In this document: positions 37,547-49,687 of the stretch, piece by piece
Position numbering within the stretch: position 1 is the stretch's first letter
Layout of the letters: each line of letters opens with the position of its first letter
Assembly: GCA_910592345.1 (NCBI GenBank)
Contig: CAJVPI010000016.1
Span: 1 to 64,000, forward strand
DNA: 64,000 nt
DNA from: Paraglomus brasilianum
Lineage: Eukaryota
Direction: 5' to 3'
The notes under the pieces: model-generated
Database searches by the model: none
What the model was told of the DNA's origin: nothing
Seen by the model: the letters and a program-made list of their open reading frames with translations, nothing else
Position numbers and translations under genes: made by a program

Positions 37547-39906
37547 ATGACTAATACACCATCGTCGCTAAAACAAATATCCAACATTTCAAAGCATTCT
37601 TGTGTAAAGACTGGACGGATAGATAAACATACCCATTCACCAATAAAAGCACGAAAATCTCTACCACTCGAATGGTATAAGAGCGAGACTGCGGTTGAAA
37701 AGGTCACTCGATGGTTAGAGCTCGATGATGAAGAAACATTCGTAAGGTCTCCTAAAAAGTATGCCCCAACAAACTATGGAATGATGGAGATGCCAGTCAG
37801 AACAACTAGAAACGCGAACATGAAAGCAACTGATAATCCTTTTATCTCTTGCAACCAGTCATATTTTTCACAATCTCGTATGATTTCTTCTAAAATTTCA
37901 ATGCAACACAGAGATATCAGGCAGAAACGGTCGCTTCAAAATACTAAAACAGCCAACAACCATTCTCCCCGGTCGCTCTTTCGCACCTCTGAACTCCTAT
38001 TCTCTCGCGCTTTTCCTCGTTTATTCGCCTGGCTCTCTACGGAAAGTGATTCCGAGAGTGAAGATGAAGTAGTATACGCGACAATGGCATCCAAACGCTC
38101 AGTTGCGATATCAGACATTAAGATGCACGCGACAAATTTAATGCTGCCCATACACGACATTAAGAAAAAGCATGGGGGGAAGATTAAACGAGTGCCAGAG
38201 TCCAGTAAGCGTTTGTTTGGTGTTTTCGTGGGGAGTTGGTAGATAATTGGTTTTTTTAGATAAGAAAAATAGATTTTGTTCCTTATGGTGGTTAGAGCGG
38301 GTGAATTATGAAAAAAAAATAATTTTTTTTTAACTCAGAATGGGTGGATCGAAAAAGAAAAAACATAGTGTAAAGGAAGGCCTAAATATAACATGAGCTC
38401 ACTTTATAATATCCGACGCGTATCATATGTGACTGATTCCCATATTACATTTATCAGACAACCAGCAATTGATCTGTCGTGGTTGCGGGAAATACTTCAA
38501 GTCAAAAAGTGGCCTGACCCTGCACAGCTACCGATGTGCGGCTTTGCATGTAATTATCGCGTCACCAAGCAATTTTATATTTCACTCGGTTTATTGTCTT
38601 CATTTTCTTGTTTTTCCGTCCGCGTTCCTCGAATGTCTCGCCTAAATTTCTTACCATATGCTTTTATTCGAATACCTGTTAGTATCTTACAACTCCACAG
38701 ATCGTCTTATTTTTTCGTTTCTTGTCTAATGATTTTCTTATAATCCGGTTGTGTTCAGATCAAAGTCTATTATTAAACCCATCCCTCTTGTTCCAATCAA
38801 TTTTAGCGCGAAGAACATACTTACGATGATGTAATTGACTGTATATGCGGAGACGATTCGGATTTTGGGAAAATGGTACAGTGCGATGGCTGCAGGGGAT
38901 GGCTCCATCTCGCATGTTTAAACTTGACCAAAAAACGGCTCCCCGATCAATATTTTTGCCCACGTTGTATGGAACTAAAGAAGAAGCGCGGAAGTCATAT
39001 CATAAGAAGAGAATTAAATGTAGATATGGATACGGGAAGTGAATCAGACAATGAAATGGATGCCAATAGTGCGGGCATGATGATTTCTGGAGGACGGCGA
39101 TGGAACACATCAAAGGAGACAAAGGATGACAAGACGTTCATGCATCCAGGAAATTGGCTTACTATGATCGAGAAGCGATGTCTGGACGTTAACGGGTCAC
39201 ATAACATGATTAGTGGAGATTATGATGTAAACAGCAATCTTCAGGCTGCTGATAACATGAATTGGATCTCCCTACCGACACCTGGGTTATTCGGACTTGA
39301 CCAGGATCTTGTGTCGCCACTTGATTCAGTGGCACCATCCTTATCGTTTAGCGAGGTAATATAATAGATATCTAACTTTTCGACTTGGTTGTGCTGTTGA
39401 AATCTTTGTTAGCTGATCCTCAATCTGTCTGTCTCCTTTTATAGGATTACAGCACCCCAGGGCCCTCAGAACCACCATTTACACCAGAACAATATACAAT
39501 CCATTCTGTCGATGATGAATCCAATGAACAAGCAACGAACGGTCCATACGTCATTGGCACTGCAACGGATGTAATTACGGAGGCTGCCTTAGAGAGTTTG
39601 ATTCCCTTGGCGGAGTTAATTTGTAACAATTACCCAGGCCAAATATCGTGTGGGGTCGGTAATGAATACGAGGTTCAGGAGATGGATCGTGCGGCGGAAG
39701 GTAAGGCGGCAGAAAACGATAAAACGTATAAAGGGATTTCATTGCCGTTAAAACATAATTCGCGTGACTAAGATAATGACCTTTTATTCTCTAATTTAGA
39801 AATGATGGAATATATCGTAGCAGATGATGACGACGAGGATATCATGAATACCGTGAGCAATAACAACGCCTGGAACAATTTCGTTGATGCTTCGAATACT
39901 TTGTAA
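37547..39906 (+). CDS. Zinc-finger (C2H2/C2HC-like) + PHD-finger protein with acidic C-terminus (~553 aa)
   Basis: Exons 37547-38204, 38458-38549, 38807-39355, 39445-39700 and 39800-39906 are phase-compatible. CRGCGKYFKSKSGLTLHSYRC in exon 2; PHD IDCICG...MVQCDGCRGWLHLACL......DQYFCPRC in exon 3. Confidence 0.82.
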
Positions 39907-42432
39907 ATATCTAATTTTTCATCTAATAATTCATATATATGGACTTTGTTGTTAATGTGTATTTGGAGAGATCCACGAGGTATCTCTCTTTGTAGTATAT
40001 ATATTGCTGTTAGAGAATAACCTGAATCCCAAAAATATCCGTAATGACAAGTTGTCGTTCTGGATTCTGTCTGCTTTTCTCTTATTCTTTTGCTTGTGCT
40101 TGTGCTTTGGCTTTTGCATGTATAGTTCAAACAATAAAAAGTCGTTTTTTATTCTTGTGGCTTGTAAAAATCATCTAGGTGGTCACATGATTAGCATATC
40201 CATAGCCAAAATATCAAATATCATATAAAATGTTGCGCCAAAGACAATGTAATCGTAGGTGTAGACAATAAAAGAACGCAAAACTCCAAAGACAACGTAA
40301 GGTTAAGCGGTCTTTACATCTTCTAATGTTAAAGTGCAGTACTTTTCAGTACTTTGTGACAATGAACAACGGAAATATCACGTGATTATACTATAAACGG
40401 CTCTCGTAATCCGACAAACTATGGATGAATCTATTGATAGTACACATTCTTGGTTAAGTATATTCTCGGTAATATAGGATTTTGTCAGTGAGTCAAGATT
40501 CGGTCCAGACAGTATCTTCCTCCTATTTATCATCCCCAATCACAATTAAGTTATGGTTTCCGAGTTTTTCTTACGCAGTTTTTTAAATATATTTTTGCTA
40601 CCATTCAAAATCCAAAGAATGGCAAAAAAATAAAAATACTTTGAACGCTTATACCTTACCAAATATGTTTCGCGGTTTTTTAGGCTTTAATGTAAACACT
40701 TACGATTGTTTTTAGACTGTCAAAAAAGTTTTAGCCTTTGTTTCCAATACAAAATTCTCGATCAAATTTGAATACACAGTACGAGACCATTAGTGGCTTG
40801 CCAATCAATAGTCCAGCCCTTAAATCCCATAGAAAGTTTATGACATTTGACCAAAACAATGTAGGAAAAGTATGTCTAAAAATTGGGGAAGTTTATAGTC
40901 GAGGAATGGAATTTTACTTCTGATAAAATGTTAATCAATTTAGTGAAATTGATAAAATAAAAGTGTAAGCTAATTATGAGAAGTATTTGTGAAGAGATAC
41001 TCTATCGAATTTATGGCAATAAAACCTCTGCTCATAAACTATTAAATAAGGTATAAAGCTCATTCATTACTCTGACCATTATAACACAACAATCAATGGT
41101 TTTTTGTTGATTTACACACAATAACAGCCTAAAAAGAAAGAAAAAGAGGGGTTCCAAGGCCAATGCTCTATTCCGAATAGTGTATATGTTGGACATCGAA
41201 TAATTCTTTTCGATCTGAAGATGAAAATAATCGTAAAATGCATCAGTCACAGACAACAAGGCACTGTATTTATTGTGGCGAAATTATCCCTAAGACGAAG
41301 AAAAATGCTGAAAGGACAAAGGCCAATTAAACCAGTTTACATACGATAAAGGCCTTGTAAATTATTCGAGAAGCATATTCACAAATCGAGTTTGTGTATA
41401 AGGTACTATCATACACAACGACGCGTCCACGTTCTACAACCAAGTTTTGCCTAATTACAGCATATGATACTATTATCAACAATCGCAAAAGTTAGATAAC
41501 ATTAGGGAATCGTTTTTGCAAATAAAGATCAACCTCCGAAGAGAAGGTAAGGTAACAATCTAGATTTATTGATAATCTGTGCTTACAACTATTGTTGCGC
41601 TACTGGAAATGTGTATTGATTATCAGGGATAAAGTGATCACATACGCCAGTTGTCCAACATGACAAGTACAGACCAAAGTATATCTGTAACTTATTCATA
41701 ATTGAATAAAAGCAGGAAATAAATTATGCAACATTCTATCCGTTCATGAATTGTAAATTTGCATACGTCAAAGATGTCCGACACTTTTGTTTGTGAAGCG
41801 TATAAATCCGAACATGGGATGGAATGATTGAATATAATTGCTTCTATGACATCCTCCTAGTCTACGCCTCTGGGATGTTCCAAAAACTCGGCGAGGAGAA
41901 GTTTGATAGTATTTAAAGCTTTCATATGATGTAGAAACGCAGTAGATAATACAGGAAAGGGTTAAATGCTGCGTAAAGTAAAAGGGAATATTTGAAGAAA
42001 TTGGTTAATTTAATCTTTTATTATTACATGATTATTCACTAGTGTATTGTGGGTTCTTAAATGATAAACAAATATCCCAAACCCCAAAAATTATAATAGA
42101 CAAGTCCATTGTATTAACAAATTAAGACGTAAAATAAATATTTATATAAGGAACAAAGAATAAAATAATACGAGTCCGAGAAAATAACCATATCCTAAAA
42201 CAACGACACAAACTATTTTTAGTTACAGGGCGCTATTTACATACGAGATGGTATAACAAATATCTGTCCTACAAACAGACCAAACTTTGTCATCGCCCAA
42301 CATTTCGCTTGCTGATAGCACACACGACTCACGTAACCCGTGTTTAAGGCTTAATATTGTATAGATCCAAAAATAGTATCTTATCCGTTGCGATGCCAGC
42401 ATTAGCATTAATGACACTAAATAAAATTAGTC

Positions 42433-43488
42433 TCATGCAGAATCAAATTTGATATGGATGTCCGATTTATTATTCCCAACATCAGTTGATCCATAATTCC
42501 GGGTAATAGCAGGTGGTGGCAAATCGGCTGGTCTAGCTAACAGACCTAGATCTTCATCATCGCTAATATCCTCTTCGCTATTCCTCTCCCCTGCGATTCT
42601 CTCTTCAGTGTCTTTTCGTTCTTCCTCAAAATATATATTACTCAGCTTCAACAATCGATCCCGTCGTCTAGTATCCGCCGTTATTATAGCATACGTAATC
42701 CAGTGCAGTTGAGAAAAAACCAATGCGCTAATAAGAATGGCGCACTGCAAGCCATGCGTTCCGCGTTTAGATTGGAGGAGAAGATTGAATTTGAATATCG
42801 CGTATAGAGTAGAGACCTATTAACAGCGTAAGGAAAATGTGTAAGTAACTTAACCATTACGATTCTCGAACTCTGCAAATGAGCGTAAGTAGGCGATTTG
42901 TCTAATAGCTATGTATTATACGGTAGACGGTATTGTGCTTGATCAAAAAAAAAAATTACTAACTCCACATATACCACCAACTATCCATCCAAAATTTCGA
43001 ATCCTAGTTGAAGACGCGACGACAATAACAATCAATGCTCGCAATTCACCCAAAGCAAACAAGTCCCAACTTCCATTTTGCCATTTCCAAGGCTCAGAAG
43101 GATGCGATCTTGCCAACACTAATGCAGCAGTACATGCCGAAATAACAGCCACATCCAAGAATGCTAGCGCGTACAACAAGATAATCCACTTGGGTCTAGG
43201 CAATGCTTGAATGTTGCGAAGAGACACGAGGAGAAAAGGATCTATCTGCTCGATAATGTGAGAATCCACTTTCGACCTGCCGGAGAAGGTATTAGAACGT
43301 CGCCGCTGACGATATGGATGAGCTGGTGGCGAGTTGGGAGTAGAGGAGGAGGCATGCGGGTTCGATCTAAGTGTTAAAGGCGAAAGGCCGTCTGAAGGCG
43401 AGGGAAAGGGGAGTTTTTTCCTAGTGACAGATGCAGGAATCAGTTCAGTGGTTGGCTGTACAGTTGTGGTGGTTGTATCCGTTTGCAT
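42433..43488 (-). CDS. 4-TM membrane protein, MENTAL-domain-like (~302 aa)
   Basis: Exons 43488-42964 and 42816-42433 in frame. Four hydrophobic segments, S/P-rich N-terminus, acidic tail with EDLGLL and NYGST. Confidence 0.75.
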
Positions 43489-44528
43489 CTGTTAAGTCTG
43501 GAGAGTTTGTAGATAGTAATAGTAATAGGGGAAGTTACGGTTTAGCTCGAGTTACATACAAATTTGTACTCAGGGGCGCTAGTGTTAAATGGGTATGTTG
43601 TACACAAATATTATAACCTAATGTAGCTAGACTAATTGCATAGCCGAAACGCTGAAAATTTTGAAAGTTTGTGTTATATCATAGTGGCCAATGAGAAATT
43701 ACCGGTATTTTTATCACAAAAGAACCATCATCGTTAATAGCCCTTTTTAGGCAGCGCTAACGTTGCGGCACCATATACAGAGATAAGTCTTGTTGTATGT
43801 GTTAGTAGCCAAAAATACATTTTCTATTTATTGAATCATTGACGGAGAATAGCCAATTGGAATAAATGGGTATCAGATTGCTAAATTGGGCTGAAGGTAG
43901 ATTTTCGAAATCCTTCCTCTTTGTTCTATCCAAGGATAATTACTTGGCCTTGGACGAACAATTCCTCTTAAACATTGATACCACGCTGGACAAAAGATAA
44001 CAGCGAGGGCGGGTCTCTGTCTTTAAGGCAGACAATATCTACTTAGATAACGGCGAACTCTGATATTATCCAGCAGCTTTTGATTTGAGATAAGATTAAC
44101 TTTAGCTTGGAGAAAGGTCCCCCAAATATAAGGCGAGTTGGCTATACAACTCGGACGGCAGGGAACCGTTTAAGTTGTGAACGACTAAACATATCAACTT
44201 TGGCTAAAGCTGTGGTATTTTAAAACAAGTAAGAACTTAAAATATTGTTTATATCATTGTTGACGAGGCCGTTTGTGTCGAATATGGGTTAAACTGCATT
44301 CTGAATGGGTTCATGTTATGTCCGGCGAGGACAATAACAGAGGAGGCTTTACACTTTATTTCTTTGACAGTTTGGAAAAGCGTAAAATTACTGAACAATG
44401 GAAAAGATAACGGATTGTTGTCTAGGATTCAATTATTAACCTTGTCTATCAATTCGTTCCCTATCAATCCTTCAGAACTGCTTTTTACGACGGAAACCAT
44501 TCAATAATCAAGAAACGATTTGACTAAG

Positions 44529-45029
44529 ATGAAAATTTCTCAACTTTTGCTGGCTCTGCTACTGTCATTATTGTTAATAAGTGAAGATGTCGCGGATGGT
44601 GGAGCAACGATAGTGCCGGATCAAGTTACCCCAATAGCGGTTCCAACGCCTGCAATACAGGCTACGACTATCACTATAGTTTCGAGTTCTTCAATAGTTA
44701 CAGTAACGTCTACTACCACCACCTTTAACCCCTCTCCTACGCTTCTGCCTCCTCCTCCTCCTTCAAATTCTCCAATCAGTAATACTGCTCCGAACGACGC
44801 AAATGGAAGTGGTGATACGCCAAATGGGAACAACGGTTCTGGTAACACCACTAAGACACTTATTATTGCTGGTGCAGTGGTTGCAGGAGTAATCATTATT
44901 GGTGGCGCGTTTATGGCGGTGATTAGATTTCGAAATACGAGAGGGGATTTTGGGGATGACGACGGGGAAATTGATTTGAGTGGCAATGCGTGGGATCATT
45001 CGATAAACCAATATCACCAACGAATATGA
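44529..45029 (+). CDS. Single-pass cell-surface protein (signal peptide, S/T/P-rich stalk, TM, short tail), 166 aa
   Basis: MKISQLLLALLLSLLL signal, T/S/P-rich region, TM LIIAGAVVAGVIIIGGAFMAVI followed by RFR. ATG at 44529. Confidence 0.85.
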   Translation: MKISQLLLALLLSLLLISEDVADGGATIVPDQVTPIAVPTPAIQATTITIVSSSSIVTVTSTTTTFNPSPTLLPPPPPSNSPISNTAPNDANGSGDTPNGNNGSGNTTKTLIIAGAVVAGVIIIGGAFMAVIRFRNTRGDFGDDDGEIDLSGNAWDHSINQYHQRI

Positions 45030-47687
45030 TCTCTTGACTGACTAGTAAGCATCTCTACCGGTTGGATTATGATGTGAACAGATGTATAGACTAGGCAGTT
45101 ACTTCCGAGGCTGATAGTTGCCAGAGTCTCTTGGTGCGCTTGGTTGCAGCTTGTACAATTTTGTATTGGTATTTAATTTATTGACGTTTGTGATGGCTTC
45201 TCTACTGTGTATACTATATCATCAATTTTAGAGATAATATCAAAAACAGGAAAGCTAACATAAATATTTAATCGAATGTGTTATATAATTATAATTGCAT
45301 GACAAAAAAATCTCATCGGGTTATTTCACCATGAAATAATAATAAAAGAGGGGAAATATACATATTTCGTTACTATCATTTACTATTGACAAGATTTTAG
45401 AAGTTCAAATCATCGAAATTCACAAGCTCAAATGTTTTATCAAACCCGAAGAGAGATCGCGTCATATCTTACGTGGTGACGACAATCACCAACTCGAGCT
45501 CCCAGCACTCGTAAACCGTTAAGGCCACAATGACACGCGAAAATTGCATCGGCTGCATCCGAGCTTAGAGCATTTAAATATGAATTATTTGACCGATACC
45601 AACGAGTGATCTTTACTTTCTTTTCATCCCTCTACCAAAACATATAAAAAATCATTTTATTCGAAAATCTTTATATTCTAATAAGGAGCAATGATTTAGG
45701 TATCGTTACGAAACTGATTGCTTGTACTTTTCGCAAAAAAATAATGAATTAAAATGTATTGCCTTTATTTGTGTAATCCACTACACCACTTCACGATAAT
45801 ATGGGTAATCACGATACCTGAACTTGTATAGTATTCAGACTACAAGATGTTGATTTTTTCTAGTGAATTTCAAGGCCGGGTTTGTTTTCAAAAGACGTAA
45901 GAAATATTGCGTATTCAGCCGTTGTGATTATCGTGAATGAGATGTGGCATAATGATGTGGTAAATTTAGAGTATTGGCGCATTTTTTAATTGGCAAATAT
46001 TAATCTTCGTCTAACATCAAAGCTTTTTTTAGCTCCAAACACGAAGCCCTTGTTACACGGATCAGGGGATAAAATTAAAATTAATTTGGATTGTTGTCCC
46101 AAATATGGTAACTGGATTTATAATAAATCCCTCCTGCAGGATAGGAGTTCCATATTAAGAACGCAATGTTCAGGGGAAGTTCCAAACTTTTTCTTGGTCA
46201 TCACGTCATGAGCGATGCATACAACACAAGGCCTAATGAAGTCATCACGTGTATAATCCTAAAATGACGACACTGGATATATTTATTATGGCGCGTAACG
46301 TATTGCTAATTTTCTGATGTAGATAAGTACCTAAGTTGTACACATAAACGGTTGCAACTCCAAATTATACTTATACAATTCAACATAGCCCAAGCATTTT
46401 CCAGAAAGCAAATACAAACCATTTCCCAGAATAAAAATTCTACTGTGTCCCAACGAATGGATCTGATTTGTAGCTTATCGTTATTTAAAAGCCAAAAAAT
46501 TTTATTAATAACAATTAATAAAAATTCTCTGTCCACATTTTTTTTATAACAAGTTCACAACGACGTCTTATTATGCTTACGAAATCTATTACGGAATACT
46601 CCTCCACTCCATTAAATTTTTAGGGCATTCTCATCAAGAAGGCTTTCAGTATTAGCAAAGCAACTTGTATGCTTAGGTTATCGTCTTACTGAAACCTCCA
46701 TTTGATTAATTTCTGCCAAAAATTCACACAAAATTCGGTATTCATAAAACAATGTTTGGTACAATCAAAGGTGACGGCCTAATAATACAGTATTCCTCTT
46801 TTGATGTAAGAACGCAACACGAGGTGTAAAGGTTATAGATTAATGCTTAGTTTTAGTTTATTTAAACAGGCTAACGTAATATTGCAATAAAGAGATTTAC
46901 TTTTCCCCCCGTATGTCTATAGTAATAAATAGCATAATCTTGGAATCGGAAAGTATAAGTACATTGCGAATTTGGATTAAAAAATAATTTATTTGTATTG
47001 CTCTTTGTCTCATATATGCATACAATAAAGCAGTCAACTAATATTTACAGCTGTTTTTTGGATGCAGAAATCATGTTTCTTGCTACAAAATCCTCAGAAC
47101 TGTACATTTATCAGGTACCATGTTTTATTGTAGCGTTGCTCTTTAAATTCTCCAAAGATTAAATTCCTTAAAACTGTACAATAAACTGCTCTTTAGTCTG
47201 TTGAAAAAAAATAATAAATCGTAGCATCAGGTTAGAAAACATATTTTACAAACACTTGGGTGTGCCATATATTAATATGGGGAATCTGGGACTGTTATTC
47301 TTGAAATGGTAAAATTCCATGGTCACTGCAGATTGTGATACTTCTTCGCCGAATAATTAGTTGGATGGTTTTTGCCAAATAAATGGTTAGATTTCTACTT
47401 AATGGCATGCTGCAACAAAACCAGACAAAGTGAATATAAACACAAAGTGGCTGGTGTGGCCAATGTGGCTGATGTTATTTTGAAAAGCTTTGACATAGTA
47501 ATAGTGGAGTACTTGTGGACTTTAAATTTATCTACCAGTTTTTCTATAGTAATAGAGCCTTTTAATTAGTCAAATTATTATCACAATTAAATTTAGTATG
47601 TCCAGATACTAATACCATGAAATTTAGTTCAATACTTTCATAATAACTGCAAGTTACTAATGTTAATATTAGTATAGGTAAATTACT

Positions 47688-49290
47688 GAATTTGGTCATC
47701 CATAAATCGCGTCTTTTACGATGGGTACCAAAAGTATTGCACGGTCGAAATTCAGACAATTTAATAAAATTGTTAATATTAATATGTAACTGCCTACGTA
47801 ATTTTTATATCATGTTTGCCTATATATTAGTCAAACGGATTTACTTTGATTTAATCGGTTACAGATTGTAAAAGCTGGTTTTAAAAATCAACCATTTCGA
47901 TTTTTCGCATGACGAATCTTGCTATTACTACATTCTCTGTGGATAATATTTTACTGTTGATGAAATGCAACATCATGAATTCTTTCCTGACTTTTTTCAC
48001 ATTCTTCCCCAACTTTTGAAACTGAAGCGTAGACCCATCTGTTTAGATTATCTTTTTTTCAGTCTTTCGTCTTCTTTCTATTGCCGGAAATAAAGGCTTT
48101 TTTCGAAGTATGCAGAAATGCAAATTTTTCTTATAAAGTGTTTGGCAAATTGTTTTTGTAGATATTTTTTGTAGAAAACATGTTAGAAAATTTTGTTTAT
48201 TTTGAGAACCATACCATTCAATGTTTGTCTTTTTGGCTGTCATATAGCATAGTCGATTGATTTGTTTTTTGAAAGCCCTAACTCATAAGCGGCTTGTAAT
48301 TGTTGTTCCATGACATCCCGCAGCTTTTGTAATTTCTGCATTATCTGGTGCTTTCTCTTTTGTGGAGAAGTTAATTCTTTAGCAAGACATTATGCGAAAA
48401 ATCGAAATGGTTGAGATTTTTAAAACCAGCTTTTACAATCTGTAACCGATTAAATCAAAGTAATAGACAAAAATCCGTTTGACTAATATATAGGCGAATA
48501 TGATATAAAAATTACGTGGGCAGCTACATATTGTTACGGTCAAATGGTCTGGGGTTTGGGAGAGCGATTAATCTTTCGCGTAGGGGTGTTTTTCCGACCG
48601 GGGATGTTACCAGATTAGCTTCATGCTACCACCCTTAATACGGTAGATGTTCAATTAAGACTGAATTCTAATCTACAAGTGACCTATTTATATAATTAAA
48701 TTAAATGCGCGCTTCTCAACTCCCTATCCGAGCTTCAAATCACTCGTGATTCCAAATAAGGGTTACCCACAATAAAATAACAACAACAATTATTCTACTG
48801 CGGAATCGAAGGGGAATAAATTCTATTTAATATTAAACATCGATTTGGTGTTTCGCCTAGTCGGGTTCCGTCACTTGTCTCAAGTTAATTAAACAATTTC
48901 GTTTCAATAAATAATTATTGGCTCTCGTTCCTCAATAGATCAACGGACAACTTATACAGCTTAAATGAGCCGTTTACAGCTTGAGTGAGCCGTTTATTAG
49001 TGTGTCCGGTCAAATATACCTTTAGCGACCGAAACGGAGTTAACAATCGTAATTTCTATGAAGAATCAATCATATTCTAATTTAGCTAACTGCGTTTGTG
49101 CTGACACGCAAAAATCGAAACATTTTCTGCTTGACACTCAAAATTCGACACGGTGCCGAGGAAGATTTTACCATGTGACTCACTTATCTGATTCATCAGA
49201 TCGGCTTGCCGTAACAATATTAACAATTTGTCTGAATTTCGACTTTTGGTACCCATCGTAAAAGACGCGATTTATGGATGAACCAATTTC
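47688..49290 (-). mobile_element. Internally deleted Tc1-like transposon with ~240-bp TIRs
   Basis: 47688-47924 is the inverted copy of 48380-48531 plus 49217-49290. The spacer encodes, on the minus strand, broken transposase N-terminal pieces AEITKAAGCHGTTITSRL and ISTKTICQTLYKKNLHFCILRKKPL (Tc1 HTH/KKP motif). Confidence 0.8.
48532..49216. mobile_element. 685-bp solo-LTR-like insertion interrupting the TIR
   Basis: Termini TGTTACGG...CCGTAACA, flanked by ATAT on both sides; internal TATA-like and AATAAA motifs; absent from the other TIR arm. Confidence 0.75.
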
Positions 49291-49687
49291 TATTTGAAGA
49301 GAACAGATTTAAAGCTTCCACACGTTCAGTCCTCATTGCTATGTTTCCGGGACAAGTCTCGCGTGTATATGATAGGCTCATAATTAACATCCCATCAACA
49401 ACGAGCCGAGTTAATTTCTTTTTTTTTTAGTCACAAGGTCACCATGTATTCATGTTGATCTTTTTGCTTTTATTTAGTTTGCGACTGAATTTTCAGTGGT
49501 TTCTGTAAATTATGAATTGTTATGATCATAAATGTAAAATTGAGTAACATCATTAATATAGCAGACTTTATTCAAAACTTTACATGCCAACTATATCAGC
49601 ATCCACACATTCTCCCTTTCGTGTATTAAAAATGTCAAGAATGATTGTTTATTCAAATAATATACTAAGCACTTTTGTCATCTCTCA

